Positions 18,797-28,814 of a stretch of DNA of 64,000 nt are shown here, in pieces. The position numbers were made by a program, and so were the translations under genes. The notes under the pieces are model-generated. The model was not told the DNA's origin. It worked only from the letters and a program-made list of their open reading frames with translations, and did no database searches. Source of the stretch: Candidatus Zipacnadia bacterium (GTDB taxonomy: Bacteria; Armatimonadota; Zipacnadia; Zipacnadales; UBA5352); the NCBI GenBank assembly GCA_029820945.1, contig JALGUJ010000003.1, positions 6,873-70,872 on the forward strand, read 5' to 3'. Positions within the stretch are counted from its first letter, which is position 1. The number at the start of each line of letters is the position of its first letter.

Positions 18797-19735
18797 ATGC
18801 TGGAGGCCTACCACCTCAAGGGCATCGTCCCCCCAACGACCACGCCGCTGACCGAGTACGAGACCATCGACCGCGACGCCGTCGGCCGGCTCATGGACTG
18901 GTTTGTGGACGCCGGGGTGACCGCAGTTTTCGCCCTCGGCTCGTCCGGGGAGGGCCCCGGGCTGACGCGTGAGATGCGCCTGGAGATGGTGGACGCGTGC
19001 GCGGATGCTCTCGGCGGGCGCCTGCCGCTGCTGGCCGGCGTCTCGTCTCCCTCCTTCCAGGAGAGCGTGCTGCAGGCCGGGGAGGTCGCGGAGCGCGGGG
19101 CCGACGCCGTCGTCGCGACCTGCCCCTACTACTTCCTCTACGGCCAGCAGCAACTCTTCGATTACTTCACCGCGCTGGCCGACGCGAGCCCGCTGCCGCT
19201 GCTGGTCTACGACATCCCCTCGCGGAGCGACAATGAGCTCGAGATCGACACGGTGCTGCGGCTGGCCGACGACGAGCGGATCGTGGGCCTCAAGGACAGC
19301 ACCGGGAACATCGAGCGCGGCATCGGCATCGTCAACGCCCTCGGCGGCCGGGATGACTTCGTGATGATGCAGGGCTCGGAGCGGCTCCTGGCCCCGGCCC
19401 TGCTCATGGGCTACCAGGGCGCGGTAATGGGCATGGCCAACGCCTGCCCGAAGCTGTGCGTGGCGCTGCACGAGGCGGGCACCGCGGGTGACGTCGCGCG
19501 CACCCGCGAGCTGCAGGAGACACTCAACGGCGTCTTCCCCTACTTCTTCGCGGCCGAGCCGGGCACGCGCAACGTGGGCAGCATCGTCGGCGCCATGAAG
19601 ACCGCACAGGAGCTGCAGGGCCTGTGCAGCCGCCGGCTCCTCTTCCCCGCCCGCCCGATCAGCGATGGAGACGTGCAACGCATTAAGGCCTACCTCGACC
19701 CCATCGCGGAGGCCGGCTGGATTGAGTACGCCTGA
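18797..19735 (+). CDS. Dihydrodipicolinate synthase/N-acetylneuraminate lyase family aldolase
   Basis: LGSSGEG, VYDIP, VGLKDSTG (Schiff-base Lys). Context suggests a catabolic paralogue rather than dapA. Confidence 0.88.
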   Translation: MLEAYHLKGIVPPTTTPLTEYETIDRDAVGRLMDWFVDAGVTAVFALGSSGEGPGLTREMRLEMVDACADALGGRLPLLAGVSSPSFQESVLQAGEVAERGADAVVATCPYYFLYGQQQLFDYFTALADASPLPLLVYDIPSRSDNELEIDTVLRLADDERIVGLKDSTGNIERGIGIVNALGGRDDFVMMQGSERLLAPALLMGYQGAVMGMANACPKLCVALHEAGTAGDVARTRELQETLNGVFPYFFAAEPGTRNVGSIVGAMKTAQELQGLCSRRLLFPARPISDGDVQRIKAYLDPIAEAGWIEYA

Positions 19736-19763
19736 GCCGCAACAGCGGGGGCCTCGCGACGCC

Positions 19764-22520
19764 CTACTCCTGCAGCGGCTCGATCGCGACGTTGTCCAGG
19801 TAGAAGATCCCCTCGCCATCGGCGATGCTGGCGAAGACCACCCGCTCCAGGCGCCGGAACTGCGGAGACGCGTGCGGGACCTGCAGGCTCACCGGCTCCT
19901 CTCCCTGCACGGTCACGGTCATGGGCGTCGCGCCCGGCGCATCCGCGCCCAGCGTGAGCAGCAGCTCGATCGTCACCCAGGTGTCGAAGGGGAGGCGCGC
20001 CAGCGCATCCTCCCGCGAGCGCAGCTCTCCCTCCTCCGTGATGGTCAGCATCGGGCCGCTGAAGTACTCCGTCTCACCCGTGTCTGAGTACTGCCTGGGA
20101 TCGACGTAGAGCCTCGGTGGCGTCTCGGCGCTGAGGCGCAGGTCGAAGCTGAGCCGTACCGCGCCCTCATCGTGGTCGAGGGAGTAGTAGATGCGCGGCA
20201 GCCAGATGGCCCGCAGGTCGGGCGCGTCCGAGACCTTCAGGCTGTGCTCTCCGCCGGCCGCCTGCTCATCAGTGACCCTGATGCGCGCCTCGCCATCCTC
20301 CATCGCGTCTCCGTGGCGTGGCTTGCGGCCGACCACGTCGATCTCGAAGTCCTCCACCACGGGCCGCGGCGGCTGCGTGTAGAGCAGCGGCTCCTCGCGC
20401 ACCACGCCCTCCTCGATGTCCACCGGCCAGGTTGCCCGCAGATCGTCCTCGTAGCAGCCGATGCGCTCCACCGGGATGGCGTCGAAGCCCAGCGCCCAGC
20501 CCGGCGAGTCCTGGGCGAGGCGATAGTCATCGGCCTCCGGGTCGATGAACCGGGGCGGGGCCAGCGCCGACCCCTCGTCGAGGCCGTAGGCCATCCACGC
20601 CTCCCACGTCCCGAACTCCTCGGCCCCGTAGCCGAGCGAGACCATCGCGGGGCGTCCGTGCGTCCAGACCAGGTTGCGGGTGATCGCCAGCGAGCCGTCC
20701 ACCCACTTGGTGCTGCGGTAGACGAGCGCGCCGTCGATGTCGTGCACCAGGACATTGCTCGCGAAGACGTTGCCGGAGATCGGCGTGTCCCGGATCGGCG
20801 CCTGCTCCAGAGCCGCGATAGGTGCGTCTACCACGATGTTGCCGCGCACGATGTTGTCGCTGCCGCCGTGCAGCATCACGCCGGCGCGGCCCACGCGCGC
20901 GATGATGTTGCCCTCGACCGTGGTGCCGCAGGTGAAGTCGTCCAGGTAGACGCCCCAGGAGTAGTAGGGCGACTGGAAGGTGCGGCTGGTATAAGGGTAG
21001 CCGTAGCCGATCGTGTCGAAGATGCGGTTGTGGCGGATGATGTTGCCCCGCAGCTCGAGGTTGCGCTGGCACATGCGGATGGCGCCGCCGTCACAGGTCT
21101 CGAGCATCGTCCGGCGGATGTCGTTGAGCTCCGCGACGTTGTCCACGCCCTTGATGAAGATGGCATTGCGCGGCGCGTCATGGAGCGTGTTGCGACTCGC
21201 CGCGTTCGCCTCGCCCCAGAGGTTGATGCAGGCGCAGTCCTTGTCGTAGAGCCCGGTGTTGCGTACGTGGTTGTTCTCCGCGGCATTGCGGTCGCCGTAG
21301 AGGAAGATGCCGTCCGAGCCGCAGTCACTCACGTCGCAGCCCACCACGCGGCACTCGACACAGGGGTCGTTGAAGAGGATATTCTGGCCGCCGCCGGCCA
21401 CGCCGCCCGAGAAGCCCTCGGCAAGCGTGACGCGCGGGTTGCCCACCTCCTCATGGGCGCTGGCCACGGCACCGAGGTTGATGCCGACGTTGCCGATGTC
21501 GCGCACCGTGCAGCCCAGCACCTCGGACTCCCGTGCCCCCGTGAGGACGATGCCGTTCTGGCGCGACTGTTCCACCGTGAGCCCGCGCAGCACGATGTGC
21601 TCGACCGGGGCCGGCTGGGGCGCGTCCTCGGGCAGTGGCGCGTCGTGGCGCCCGCCGCTGAATCCGACCTTGAGGTACTCGTGCGGATACGGCAGCGCGC
21701 CGCGAACCTCGATGATCGTGTCCAGCACCGGGACCGTGACGTCGCCGTCGGCGGGAGCGGCACCGTCGGGTGGCATGAAGTACAGCCGGTCGGTCTCGTA
21801 CTCCAGGAACCACTCACCAGGCGCGTCCAGCGCCCCGAGCAGGTTCTGCACGAAGTACCGGTTCATGCGCTCGAAGTGCCGCCGCACGCGGCGGGTGGTG
21901 ATGATCCGATGCTCGCGATCGACCTGGGCGATCGGGGTCAGGGCGAAGTTCCAGCCGCGGCCGAAGACCGTCCAGATCTCGGCCTGCGAGATGTCCTCCC
22001 ACGCGTCGAACGGAATGTCGCCCTCGGCGTAGATGAGCTGCTCGAAGGGCCGCGGTGCCTTGTCCCACACGTAGATGAAGCCGCCGGTGCGGGGGTGCTC
22101 GGGGTCGAAGTTGGGGTGGCGCGCCAGGTGCTGGCGCTTACCGCGGTAGAAGAGCTGGTGGAAGCGCGCGCCGCCCAGCCCCTGTGCGGGGAGGTCGGCC
22201 ACGTAGATGCCGTCGCGCCAGGGCTCCCAGCCGGTCACCGCGCGGGAGCCGCGGATGACGACCTCCGCGCCGGGAGCGGCCGCGATGGTGGTCGGAGCGT
22301 CGGCGCTCCCGCTGTGCTCGGGCGTGAGGCGAAGCGGCTCGGGCAGGGCGTACACGCCCGCGCCGATGAGGAGCGTACCGCCCGGCCGCAACTGCGCGGC
22401 CGCCTCGCAGACCGCTGCGCCCGAGGCGAGGGGATCCTCGGCCACGGACTCAACTCGACGTTCAACGGCGTGTGCCACGCATGCTACCAGCAGGAGCACG
22501 ATCAGCAGTGCCGCCCGCAT
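19764..22520 (-). CDS. Secreted right-handed parallel beta-helix protein (GH141/lyase-like) with C-terminal beta-sandwich
   Basis: Signal peptide; QLFYRGKRQHLARHPN, RYFVQNLLGALDAPGEW, DGGAI, WGVYLDDFTCG, PRFIDPEADDYRL. Confidence 0.8.
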   Translation of the reverse strand: MRAALLIVLLLVACVAHAVERRVESVAEDPLASGAAVCEAAAQLRPGGTLLIGAGVYALPEPLRLTPEHSGSADAPTTIAAAPGAEVVIRGSRAVTGWEPWRDGIYVADLPAQGLGGARFHQLFYRGKRQHLARHPNFDPEHPRTGGFIYVWDKAPRPFEQLIYAEGDIPFDAWEDISQAEIWTVFGRGWNFALTPIAQVDREHRIITTRRVRRHFERMNRYFVQNLLGALDAPGEWFLEYETDRLYFMPPDGAAPADGDVTVPVLDTIIEVRGALPYPHEYLKVGFSGGRHDAPLPEDAPQPAPVEHIVLRGLTVEQSRQNGIVLTGARESEVLGCTVRDIGNVGINLGAVASAHEEVGNPRVTLAEGFSGGVAGGGQNILFNDPCVECRVVGCDVSDCGSDGIFLYGDRNAAENNHVRNTGLYDKDCACINLWGEANAASRNTLHDAPRNAIFIKGVDNVAELNDIRRTMLETCDGGAIRMCQRNLELRGNIIRHNRIFDTIGYGYPYTSRTFQSPYYSWGVYLDDFTCGTTVEGNIIARVGRAGVMLHGGSDNIVRGNIVVDAPIAALEQAPIRDTPISGNVFASNVLVHDIDGALVYRSTKWVDGSLAITRNLVWTHGRPAMVSLGYGAEEFGTWEAWMAYGLDEGSALAPPRFIDPEADDYRLAQDSPGWALGFDAIPVERIGCYEDDLRATWPVDIEEGVVREEPLLYTQPPRPVVEDFEIDVVGRKPRHGDAMEDGEARIRVTDEQAAGGEHSLKVSDAPDLRAIWLPRIYYSLDHDEGAVRLSFDLRLSAETPPRLYVDPRQYSDTGETEYFSGPMLTITEEGELRSREDALARLPFDTWVTIELLLTLGADAPGATPMTVTVQGEEPVSLQVPHASPQFRRLERVVFASIADGEGIFYLDNVAIEPLQE

Positions 22521-22544
22521 GGTCGTCTCACCTCTCGAGGGTCG

Positions 22545-23603
22545 CTACCCTGCCGCCTGCTGCCGGGCGCGCTGGAGAATCGGGTAGTAGATCTGGTAGA
22601 TTCGCTCCAGAGTGGCCGGGATGTCGATGCCGAACTGACATGAGGCGGCGCACTCCTCGCGCAGCTCGCAGGTCGCGCACTGCTCGATGGCCTGCAGGTC
22701 GCGGTCCCAGCCGCGCTCGAGGGCCTCCTCGATCCCGTGGCGCTGGTAGAGCAGGTCCATGATCATCAGGCGGCTGATCTCCACGCCCTTGGGGCACTCG
22801 TGGTGGCGGTAGCAGAGCCGGCAGTAGTGGGGGAGGCGCGCCAGGCGCATCTCGTCGAGGATCCGGTGTTCCTCCTCGCTCAGCGGCTCGAACGGCTCGC
22901 CCAGCGCGGCGTTCGCCTCGATCTCGAAACGCCGCCACATGCCGGGGACGGCGGTGTGTACGCCCTCCTGCGAGAGCACCCAGCGTAGCGCCAGGTCGGC
23001 GTGGGCGGCGAGCAGGCATCCGCCCAGCGGCTTGAGCACGGCGACCCCGATGTTGTCCCGACTGGCTCTGGGCAGCACTTCATCCACCATCCGGCGGTTA
23101 ACGTAGTTGAGCATGATGAGCACGACGTCCACCAGGCCGGTCTCGAGGCCGGACATGATGACGTCGGGGTTATGGCCGGTGATTCCGATGAAGCGGATCT
23201 TGCCCGCATCGCGCGCTTCGTCCAGCGCCTCGAAGGCGCCGCCGGGCGCCAGGCACTCGTCCAGGTCCTGCGGCTGGTGCAGCTCGTGGCACTGGTAGAC
23301 GTCGATGTAGTCGGTGCCCAGGGTCTGGAGGCTGGTATCGATCGCCTCTGCCATCTCCTCCCTGGTGTGCGACAGGTCTCGGGAGCAGATGATCACCTCA
23401 TCGCGCCGCCCCTGGATCGCCTCGCCAAGGCGCTCCTCGCACCTTGTGTAGGCGCGGGCGGCGTCGAAGTAGTTGATTCCCAGGTCCATGCCGAGGCGGT
23501 ACAGCTCCACCGCCTCCTCGCGTCGCGGCCGGCGGATGGGGATGCCGCCGAAGCCGATGACCGATACCTCGAGTCCGGTACGTCCGAGTGTGCGCGTCTG
23601 CAT
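22545..23603 (-). CDS. Aldo/keto reductase with C-terminal Fe-S-like cysteine cluster
   Basis: LGRTGLEVSVIGFGG, GINYFDAARAY, SLQTLGTDYID, GKIRFIGITGH; C-terminal CRLC...CP and CATC...C...C. Confidence 0.9.
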   Translation of the reverse strand: MQTRTLGRTGLEVSVIGFGGIPIRRPRREEAVELYRLGMDLGINYFDAARAYTRCEERLGEAIQGRRDEVIICSRDLSHTREEMAEAIDTSLQTLGTDYIDVYQCHELHQPQDLDECLAPGGAFEALDEARDAGKIRFIGITGHNPDVIMSGLETGLVDVVLIMLNYVNRRMVDEVLPRASRDNIGVAVLKPLGGCLLAAHADLALRWVLSQEGVHTAVPGMWRRFEIEANAALGEPFEPLSEEEHRILDEMRLARLPHYCRLCYRHHECPKGVEISRLMIMDLLYQRHGIEEALERGWDRDLQAIEQCATCELREECAASCQFGIDIPATLERIYQIYYPILQRARQQAAG

Positions 23604-23674
23604 TCGTTCGTGTCCTCTCTGTCCCAGCGCGCGGTGCGCGCTGTTCGCCTGTGTGAGTGTCACAATGTTCGGTG

Positions 23675-26600
23675 CTATGGTGCCACCTCCACGAGCATGC
23701 CGTCACCTGTGCCGAGCGCGATTGCGTTCCCGGCATCGGCCGCCATTGCGCTTATGCGCGAGCCCAGGTCCACGCCCTTGACGACGTCGCCCGTGGGGCT
23801 GAGATGATACGCGTGCCCGCTTTCGAGGCCAACCATGAGCCCGCTCGGTACGACCTGCAGGCCCGTGATCGCAGCACCGAACCTGCGCGAGTAGAGCACC
23901 TCGCCGGCGGCGGAGATGCACACAACCCATCCGTTCGCCATGCCGGCCACGACCTCCACGCCGTCGGCCGGGGCGAAGTCGCCGACCGCCACGTCGCGGA
24001 TGAAGTGACTGCGTGGCCTGGCCGGTCCGAAGGCGCGCTGCCAGCGCACGGTGCTGCCGTCGGCCGTGAAGGCGCGGACGTCATTCCAGTGTCCCGTGTG
24101 AGCGACGACGACCTCCTGCACACCGTCGCCGTCCAGGTCAACGGCGTGCAGCGAGCCGATGCCCTTCTGCATCCACGCCTGCATGCGCGTGGCGCCCTCG
24201 GCGACGGCGGTGTAGGCGCCATTGGTGACAAGCGTGCGGTCCGCGTCCAGTACCGAGACATTGGAGTATCCCGCGACGTGCTTTCCCACCAGCACCCTCG
24301 GCCCCTCTGGGTGCTGCAGCAGTGCCAGCTCCCGCACGTCGCCCCACTGAATGGGCACTCGGGCCAGCAGTTCGCCACCAAGCGACCAGTACTCGACCGT
24401 GCTGGGCCGGCCGACCACGATCTCAAGCTCGCCCGCGCCGGTCACATCCGCGACCATCAGCGAGAGAATCCCCGGCTTCCGCTGCGGGTCCGTGAACCAC
24501 GGGGCCTCGTAGCGGTCCCCCACCTTGAATGTCTCTGAGACGTGCGACGGGCGCTCCCACACCAGATCGCCGCCGGCGTCCCACGCGCGGAGCATGTCGT
24601 CATCCCCACCGCCGACCACGCGCACCTCGCCGGGAGCATCAGGCGGCAGTGCCTCCAGCGCGTTGAGCTTCGCGGGCAGCTCCAGGCTCCGGAACGGCGC
24701 CTCCTGGCCGTGGCGCACAAGATGCAGGGCGGGCTGCTCGGTAGCCGCCCAGAGCACCTCGCCCGCCTGCAGGACATGGGTGACCGGCGCGCCGAGATCG
24801 ACCTGCCACTCGGGCTCGAGCTCCTCGAGCGCGGCGACCTGCGGCGGCTCGGGGGCCGCCGGAGGCTCAAGACGCTCCTCGAGCGACGAGAGCGCGGCCT
24901 CGATCCGCCCGGCGACATCCTCCCGCGGTGTCGCGCCCTCAATGACGTGAGTGCCCGGCGGGATGCGCAGCGTCACCAACACCGCATCATGTGGACGGTC
25001 CACCTCCGCCCCATCCAGCGTCGGTCGTGCATCCTCGGAAAGAGCCAGCGCAAGCTGCAGCTCCTCGTCGGCCTGCAGGTGCACGGTGCGGTCCTCCAGC
25101 CGCCACACGAGCGAGACGGGCCTCGTGGCGTCAACCAGCACCCGCTCGCCGGTGAGCGAGCTCCCCCCCATGAGGCAGATGACGTCCGGGCCGATCAGGG
25201 AGAGCGCGCCGCGGAGCTCCAGGCCGCCTTCATCGGCCGCAGCGGTCATGAAGGGCCCCGCGCCCACGACGCCGCGCAGGTCTCCGGTGATCAGCGCCGC
25301 GCTCTCCCCGACCGGCAGCATCCCGATGCGGAACTGGCGCGCGCTCTCCTCATGGTAGATGACGTTCACGAACCCGAGCGTTTCGTCCTGCGCCAGCTCC
25401 ACGTTGCGCTGCTGGTTGAGGATGCCGCCTTCGATCGAGGTCATCGCCGGTTGCGCGCACACAAATGTGGCGTGCATCCCGCCGGCGTTCTGGCCGCCGA
25501 ACACGCCGTCGGGCGCGAGGATGCCCGGTCCCATGGGCCTCCAGCGGCAGGTGACCTCGAACTCACCGGGCTCGCGCGCGGTCACGGCGTCGGCCACGAT
25601 CGCGAACTCGTCGTCCACCCACAGGAGGTCGCGACGCCACGAGGAGAACGCCTCGTCGGGGACCGTGCTGCGCACCCACGCAATGCCGTCGAGCGCGACG
25701 GCCGCGTCAAGGCGCGCGGCCTTCGGCACCCGGAGTTCGCTCATGCCGTCGCGCAGGATGGTGACCATATTCTCGTAGCCGTCCAGCGCGAACCGGTCGG
25801 TGAACCGCAGGTACTTGATGGACGAGACGTGGTGGGGGTTGCGCCCGCCGCCATCGAAGCCGTCCAGCAGCAGATAGCCGTCATCGGGGCCGAGGCCGGT
25901 CCGGTAGCTGAGGAATTGGTAGCCCTCCGCCGCAGTGAAGGGCGCGCCGACGCGATCGGCGTGCGGCTGAGCCAACGGCATCACGGAGATGCGCCCTATC
26001 AGGTCACTCGGCGGGGCGACCTCGATCTGCGGCCCCGGCCACCATGACTGGCCGATGCGGAAGCGGTCCATGTCGAAGCCGGCCTGCCGCACCAGCCAGG
26101 CGTAGCGGCCGTCATCGAGCAGCCAGCTCGCGCGGTGCATCAGGCTCAGCGTCTGGCAGCGATTGCTCTGTTCGTGCGCGCGGCCCGTCCATAGCATCTC
26201 CTGTGAGCTCATCATGGTGCGCGCGTTGCCGCTGTCCACGTACGTCTGTGGATCGGCCAGATGCCAGTACTCCAGCACCGGCTCGATCGAGGTGTTCACC
26301 CAGCCCAGGGTGTCCAGCTCCCCCCAGGTGGGATGTTGCAGCCACCAACTGAAGGCATCGCGCACGTTCTGGAGGCGGGTCTGCCACCGGGGAGCGGGGT
26401 AGTACTTGGCGAAGTAGCGGCTCCCCGTGTAGATGCAGAGCAGGTCGTAGGAGCCGTGGCGGCTGGTGCCGCGCGGCGGTGAGTAGTCGTCCTCGGCGTC
26501 GATGAAGTCCTGATGCGCGCGCAGCTCATTCGTGATGCGCAGCCGCGTCTCGTCGTCGAGCAGCGGGCTCTCCTCGACCAGGTCCCAGATCATATCCATG

Positions 26601-27937
26601 ACGTGCGCGCGGTAGTGGTAGTTCTCAACCAGCGGGTGCAGCATCGAGTAGAACGCCTCGCTGGTCCGCACCTCGACGGGGACGTCCTCGGGGTCGGGGA
26701 GAGCGAGTCGAACGAACTCGCGAAGGTACTCCTCCTCCCCGGTCATGTAGTAGAGGGCGGCCTGGATGGAGATGGGGTTCCAGCCGAAGTAAGTCGTGGG
26801 GGCGTAGCCGTAGCCCGTGCCGTCGGGGCGCTCGCGGTAGCTGTCACGCCAGCCGTAGACGGTCTCGCCGATCTGCGGCGGCTCCAGGCCCTCGCCCAGC
26901 TCGATCTCCATCAGCCAGCCGAGGCTGAGATCGCCGTCGTCGGGAAGCAGCTCCGCAAGCCGCCGCGCGGCCTTCAGGACGCCCTCATCGTCGCTGCCGC
27001 CGACCAGGATGACGTTGTGGCCGGTGGCGTAGGGGTTGTGCAGGGAGCGGACGACGAAGCCGCCGGCCCCGGGGTACTTGAGGTCGAGGTACGTATAGTA
27101 CTCGCGGTAGAGCTCGTGCATGAAGCGGGAGGTCGCCATGTTGCCCAGGACGATGACCGGCCGCTGCGCCAGCACCTCCTGGCAGGCCTCGGCGTCGCCG
27201 AGCACCGGCAGCTCACAGCCCGCCGCCCGGCGCACGGCCTCCTGGATCGCGGCGACCGCCTCCTCGTAGCGGCCGGCCCGCGGCGCCACGATCGCGGCAA
27301 CCGGGTCTCCCTGGTTCACCAGCGGCGTCACGATGCACAGATCCTTAAGCTGGGTGTAGGGCCGGTGGCCCTCATCCCCGGCGACGAGCCGGACGGCGTC
27401 CACGAAGAACACGTAGGTGCCGGTGTCGCCCTCTGGCGGTCGCCACGCGAGCTTGAGGCGCGCCGGATGGCCCTCCACCGGCTCGAGCCCACCCAGTCCC
27501 ACGCTGAGCTCATTCCAGGCCCCCGGCTGCGGCTGCCTGAGGGCGCCTGCACTGACCCTCTCGTCGCCCTGATACAGTGACAGATTGACCGTGCCCGGAG
27601 GCATGTCGGCCGCCTCGGGCGGCACCCAGACCTGCATCTGCAGCAGGGGGAACTCGAGGGCCGACGCGTCCAACGGCAGGTCCAGCGCGAGGGCGGGCCA
27701 CCAGGGGTTCTGCGGATCGAATGTGACCTCCACGCGCAGCGACTGCTCTCCCTCCGCAACGACCTCCGTGCTCGATCCTGTGGTCAGACAGACGTCCCCG
27801 CCATCTCCCCACGCGGCGAAGGCACTCGCCTCCCGGCCGTCAGGGATCAGCACGCGCGTCTCTTGAGCCATCGCCTCGGATGGTGCTGTGAGTACCACGA
27901 GCAAGCAGATCAGGAGCACAGTGGATGGCAACTGCAT
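23675..27937 (-). CDS. Very large secreted multidomain protein (CBM-like, GH N-terminal-like, heparinase II/III-like region, C-terminal FG-GAP-like propeller)
   Basis: ATG at 27937 after GGAGG; signal peptide; AAIVAP...ELPV, PGAGGFVVRSLHNP, FLSYRTG...YLLLDG, DVTGAGELEIVVG, DLDGDGVQEVV. Domain calls are tentative. Confidence 0.65.
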   Translation of the reverse strand: MQLPSTVLLICLLVVLTAPSEAMAQETRVLIPDGREASAFAAWGDGGDVCLTTGSSTEVVAEGEQSLRVEVTFDPQNPWWPALALDLPLDASALEFPLLQMQVWVPPEAADMPPGTVNLSLYQGDERVSAGALRQPQPGAWNELSVGLGGLEPVEGHPARLKLAWRPPEGDTGTYVFFVDAVRLVAGDEGHRPYTQLKDLCIVTPLVNQGDPVAAIVAPRAGRYEEAVAAIQEAVRRAAGCELPVLGDAEACQEVLAQRPVIVLGNMATSRFMHELYREYYTYLDLKYPGAGGFVVRSLHNPYATGHNVILVGGSDDEGVLKAARRLAELLPDDGDLSLGWLMEIELGEGLEPPQIGETVYGWRDSYRERPDGTGYGYAPTTYFGWNPISIQAALYYMTGEEEYLREFVRLALPDPEDVPVEVRTSEAFYSMLHPLVENYHYRAHVMDMIWDLVEESPLLDDETRLRITNELRAHQDFIDAEDDYSPPRGTSRHGSYDLLCIYTGSRYFAKYYPAPRWQTRLQNVRDAFSWWLQHPTWGELDTLGWVNTSIEPVLEYWHLADPQTYVDSGNARTMMSSQEMLWTGRAHEQSNRCQTLSLMHRASWLLDDGRYAWLVRQAGFDMDRFRIGQSWWPGPQIEVAPPSDLIGRISVMPLAQPHADRVGAPFTAAEGYQFLSYRTGLGPDDGYLLLDGFDGGGRNPHHVSSIKYLRFTDRFALDGYENMVTILRDGMSELRVPKAARLDAAVALDGIAWVRSTVPDEAFSSWRRDLLWVDDEFAIVADAVTAREPGEFEVTCRWRPMGPGILAPDGVFGGQNAGGMHATFVCAQPAMTSIEGGILNQQRNVELAQDETLGFVNVIYHEESARQFRIGMLPVGESAALITGDLRGVVGAGPFMTAAADEGGLELRGALSLIGPDVICLMGGSSLTGERVLVDATRPVSLVWRLEDRTVHLQADEELQLALALSEDARPTLDGAEVDRPHDAVLVTLRIPPGTHVIEGATPREDVAGRIEAALSSLEERLEPPAAPEPPQVAALEELEPEWQVDLGAPVTHVLQAGEVLWAATEQPALHLVRHGQEAPFRSLELPAKLNALEALPPDAPGEVRVVGGGDDDMLRAWDAGGDLVWERPSHVSETFKVGDRYEAPWFTDPQRKPGILSLMVADVTGAGELEIVVGRPSTVEYWSLGGELLARVPIQWGDVRELALLQHPEGPRVLVGKHVAGYSNVSVLDADRTLVTNGAYTAVAEGATRMQAWMQKGIGSLHAVDLDGDGVQEVVVAHTGHWNDVRAFTADGSTVRWQRAFGPARPRSHFIRDVAVGDFAPADGVEVVAGMANGWVVCISAAGEVLYSRRFGAAITGLQVVPSGLMVGLESGHAYHLSPTGDVVKGVDLGSRISAMAADAGNAIALGTGDGMLVEVAP

Positions 27938-28133
27938 GGCGCGGCACCTCCAATGACTCACGTGCAGCTCACGTCTGTGGCTTCGCCCGCCGAGCGCCCG
28001 AGGCCTCCCGCGCGCATCAAGCGGCCGACTAAGCCAACCCCGCGGCCCTTCCCGCCTGCACGAGGCGTGCCGGGAGGAATGACGCAAGCCCGCGTGGAAT
28101 ATCAGTCCGACGCGTGCTGGGCGGCCGCGCAGC

Positions 28134-28808
28134 GTGGCGAAGCGGCGCGCGGTCAACCCGAAGGACCGCCGCACAAGGCGCCCCAATATGCCACAGAGCA
28201 AACAGGTACCCGACCCGACATTGCTGCGCATCTGCAGATACCTGCGCATCCTTGAGCGCGCTGAGGAGCCCACCATCTCCTCGGCGGCCATCGCGGAAGC
28301 GGCCGGCGTCAACGCCGCGCAGGTGCGCAAGGACCTCTCGTTCTTCGGCGAGTTCGGCCAGCCCGGCGTGGGCTATGACGTCGAGCAGCTTCACGCCTCG
28401 CTCAAGCAGTTGATGGGGCTCGACCGCGAGCGGGAGGTCGTCGTGGTCGGCGCGGGCGCGCTGGGCTCGGCGCTGATCAACTACCCCGGCTTCCGGGAGC
28501 GCGGCTTCCGGGTCGTCGCGGTCTTCGACAACAACCCGGCGAAGGTCGGACACCGGCTCCGCGGCTACGAGGTCATTGCCTTCGACCGCCTGGCCGACAC
28601 CATCGCCGACGAGCATGTGAGCATCGGGATCATCGCCGTGCCGCGCGCCGCTGCGCAGGACGTCGCTGATGCGCTTATTGGCGCGGGCGTGATGGGGATC
28701 CTCAACTTCGCTCCGATCACGCTGAAGGTCCCCGACGAGGTCACCGTGCGCAACGTGGACCTGACCCTCCAGCTCGAGACCCTCTCCTACCACCTCGAGG
28801 TGGACTGA
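28134..28808 (+). CDS. rex: Redox-sensing transcriptional repressor Rex
   Basis: ISS...AQVRKDLSFFGEFG..GVGYDV wHTH; VVVGAGALGSAL Rossmann fold; GILNFAP. The start may be ATG 28188. Confidence 0.95.
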   Translation: MAKRRAVNPKDRRTRRPNMPQSKQVPDPTLLRICRYLRILERAEEPTISSAAIAEAAGVNAAQVRKDLSFFGEFGQPGVGYDVEQLHASLKQLMGLDREREVVVVGAGALGSALINYPGFRERGFRVVAVFDNNPAKVGHRLRGYEVIAFDRLADTIADEHVSIGIIAVPRAAAQDVADALIGAGVMGILNFAPITLKVPDEVTVRNVDLTLQLETLSYHLEVD

Positions 28809-28814
28809 CCGGCC

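Noticed and set aside
20172-22643. 823-aa plus-strand ORF, and similar long ORFs at 7056-8819, 28890-30788, 40651-42498, 44471-47101, 49890-51584, 56746-58344 and 61113-63887
   Set aside because: Each lies antisense to a motif-supported gene and has no recognisable motifs. These are the usual stop-poor shadow frames of high-GC DNA.
23652-23664. TGTGA-GTG-TCACA palindrome upstream of the aldo/keto reductase as a Rex or CRP site
   Set aside because: The 3-nt spacer fits neither the Rex box nor the CRP box, and it occurs once.
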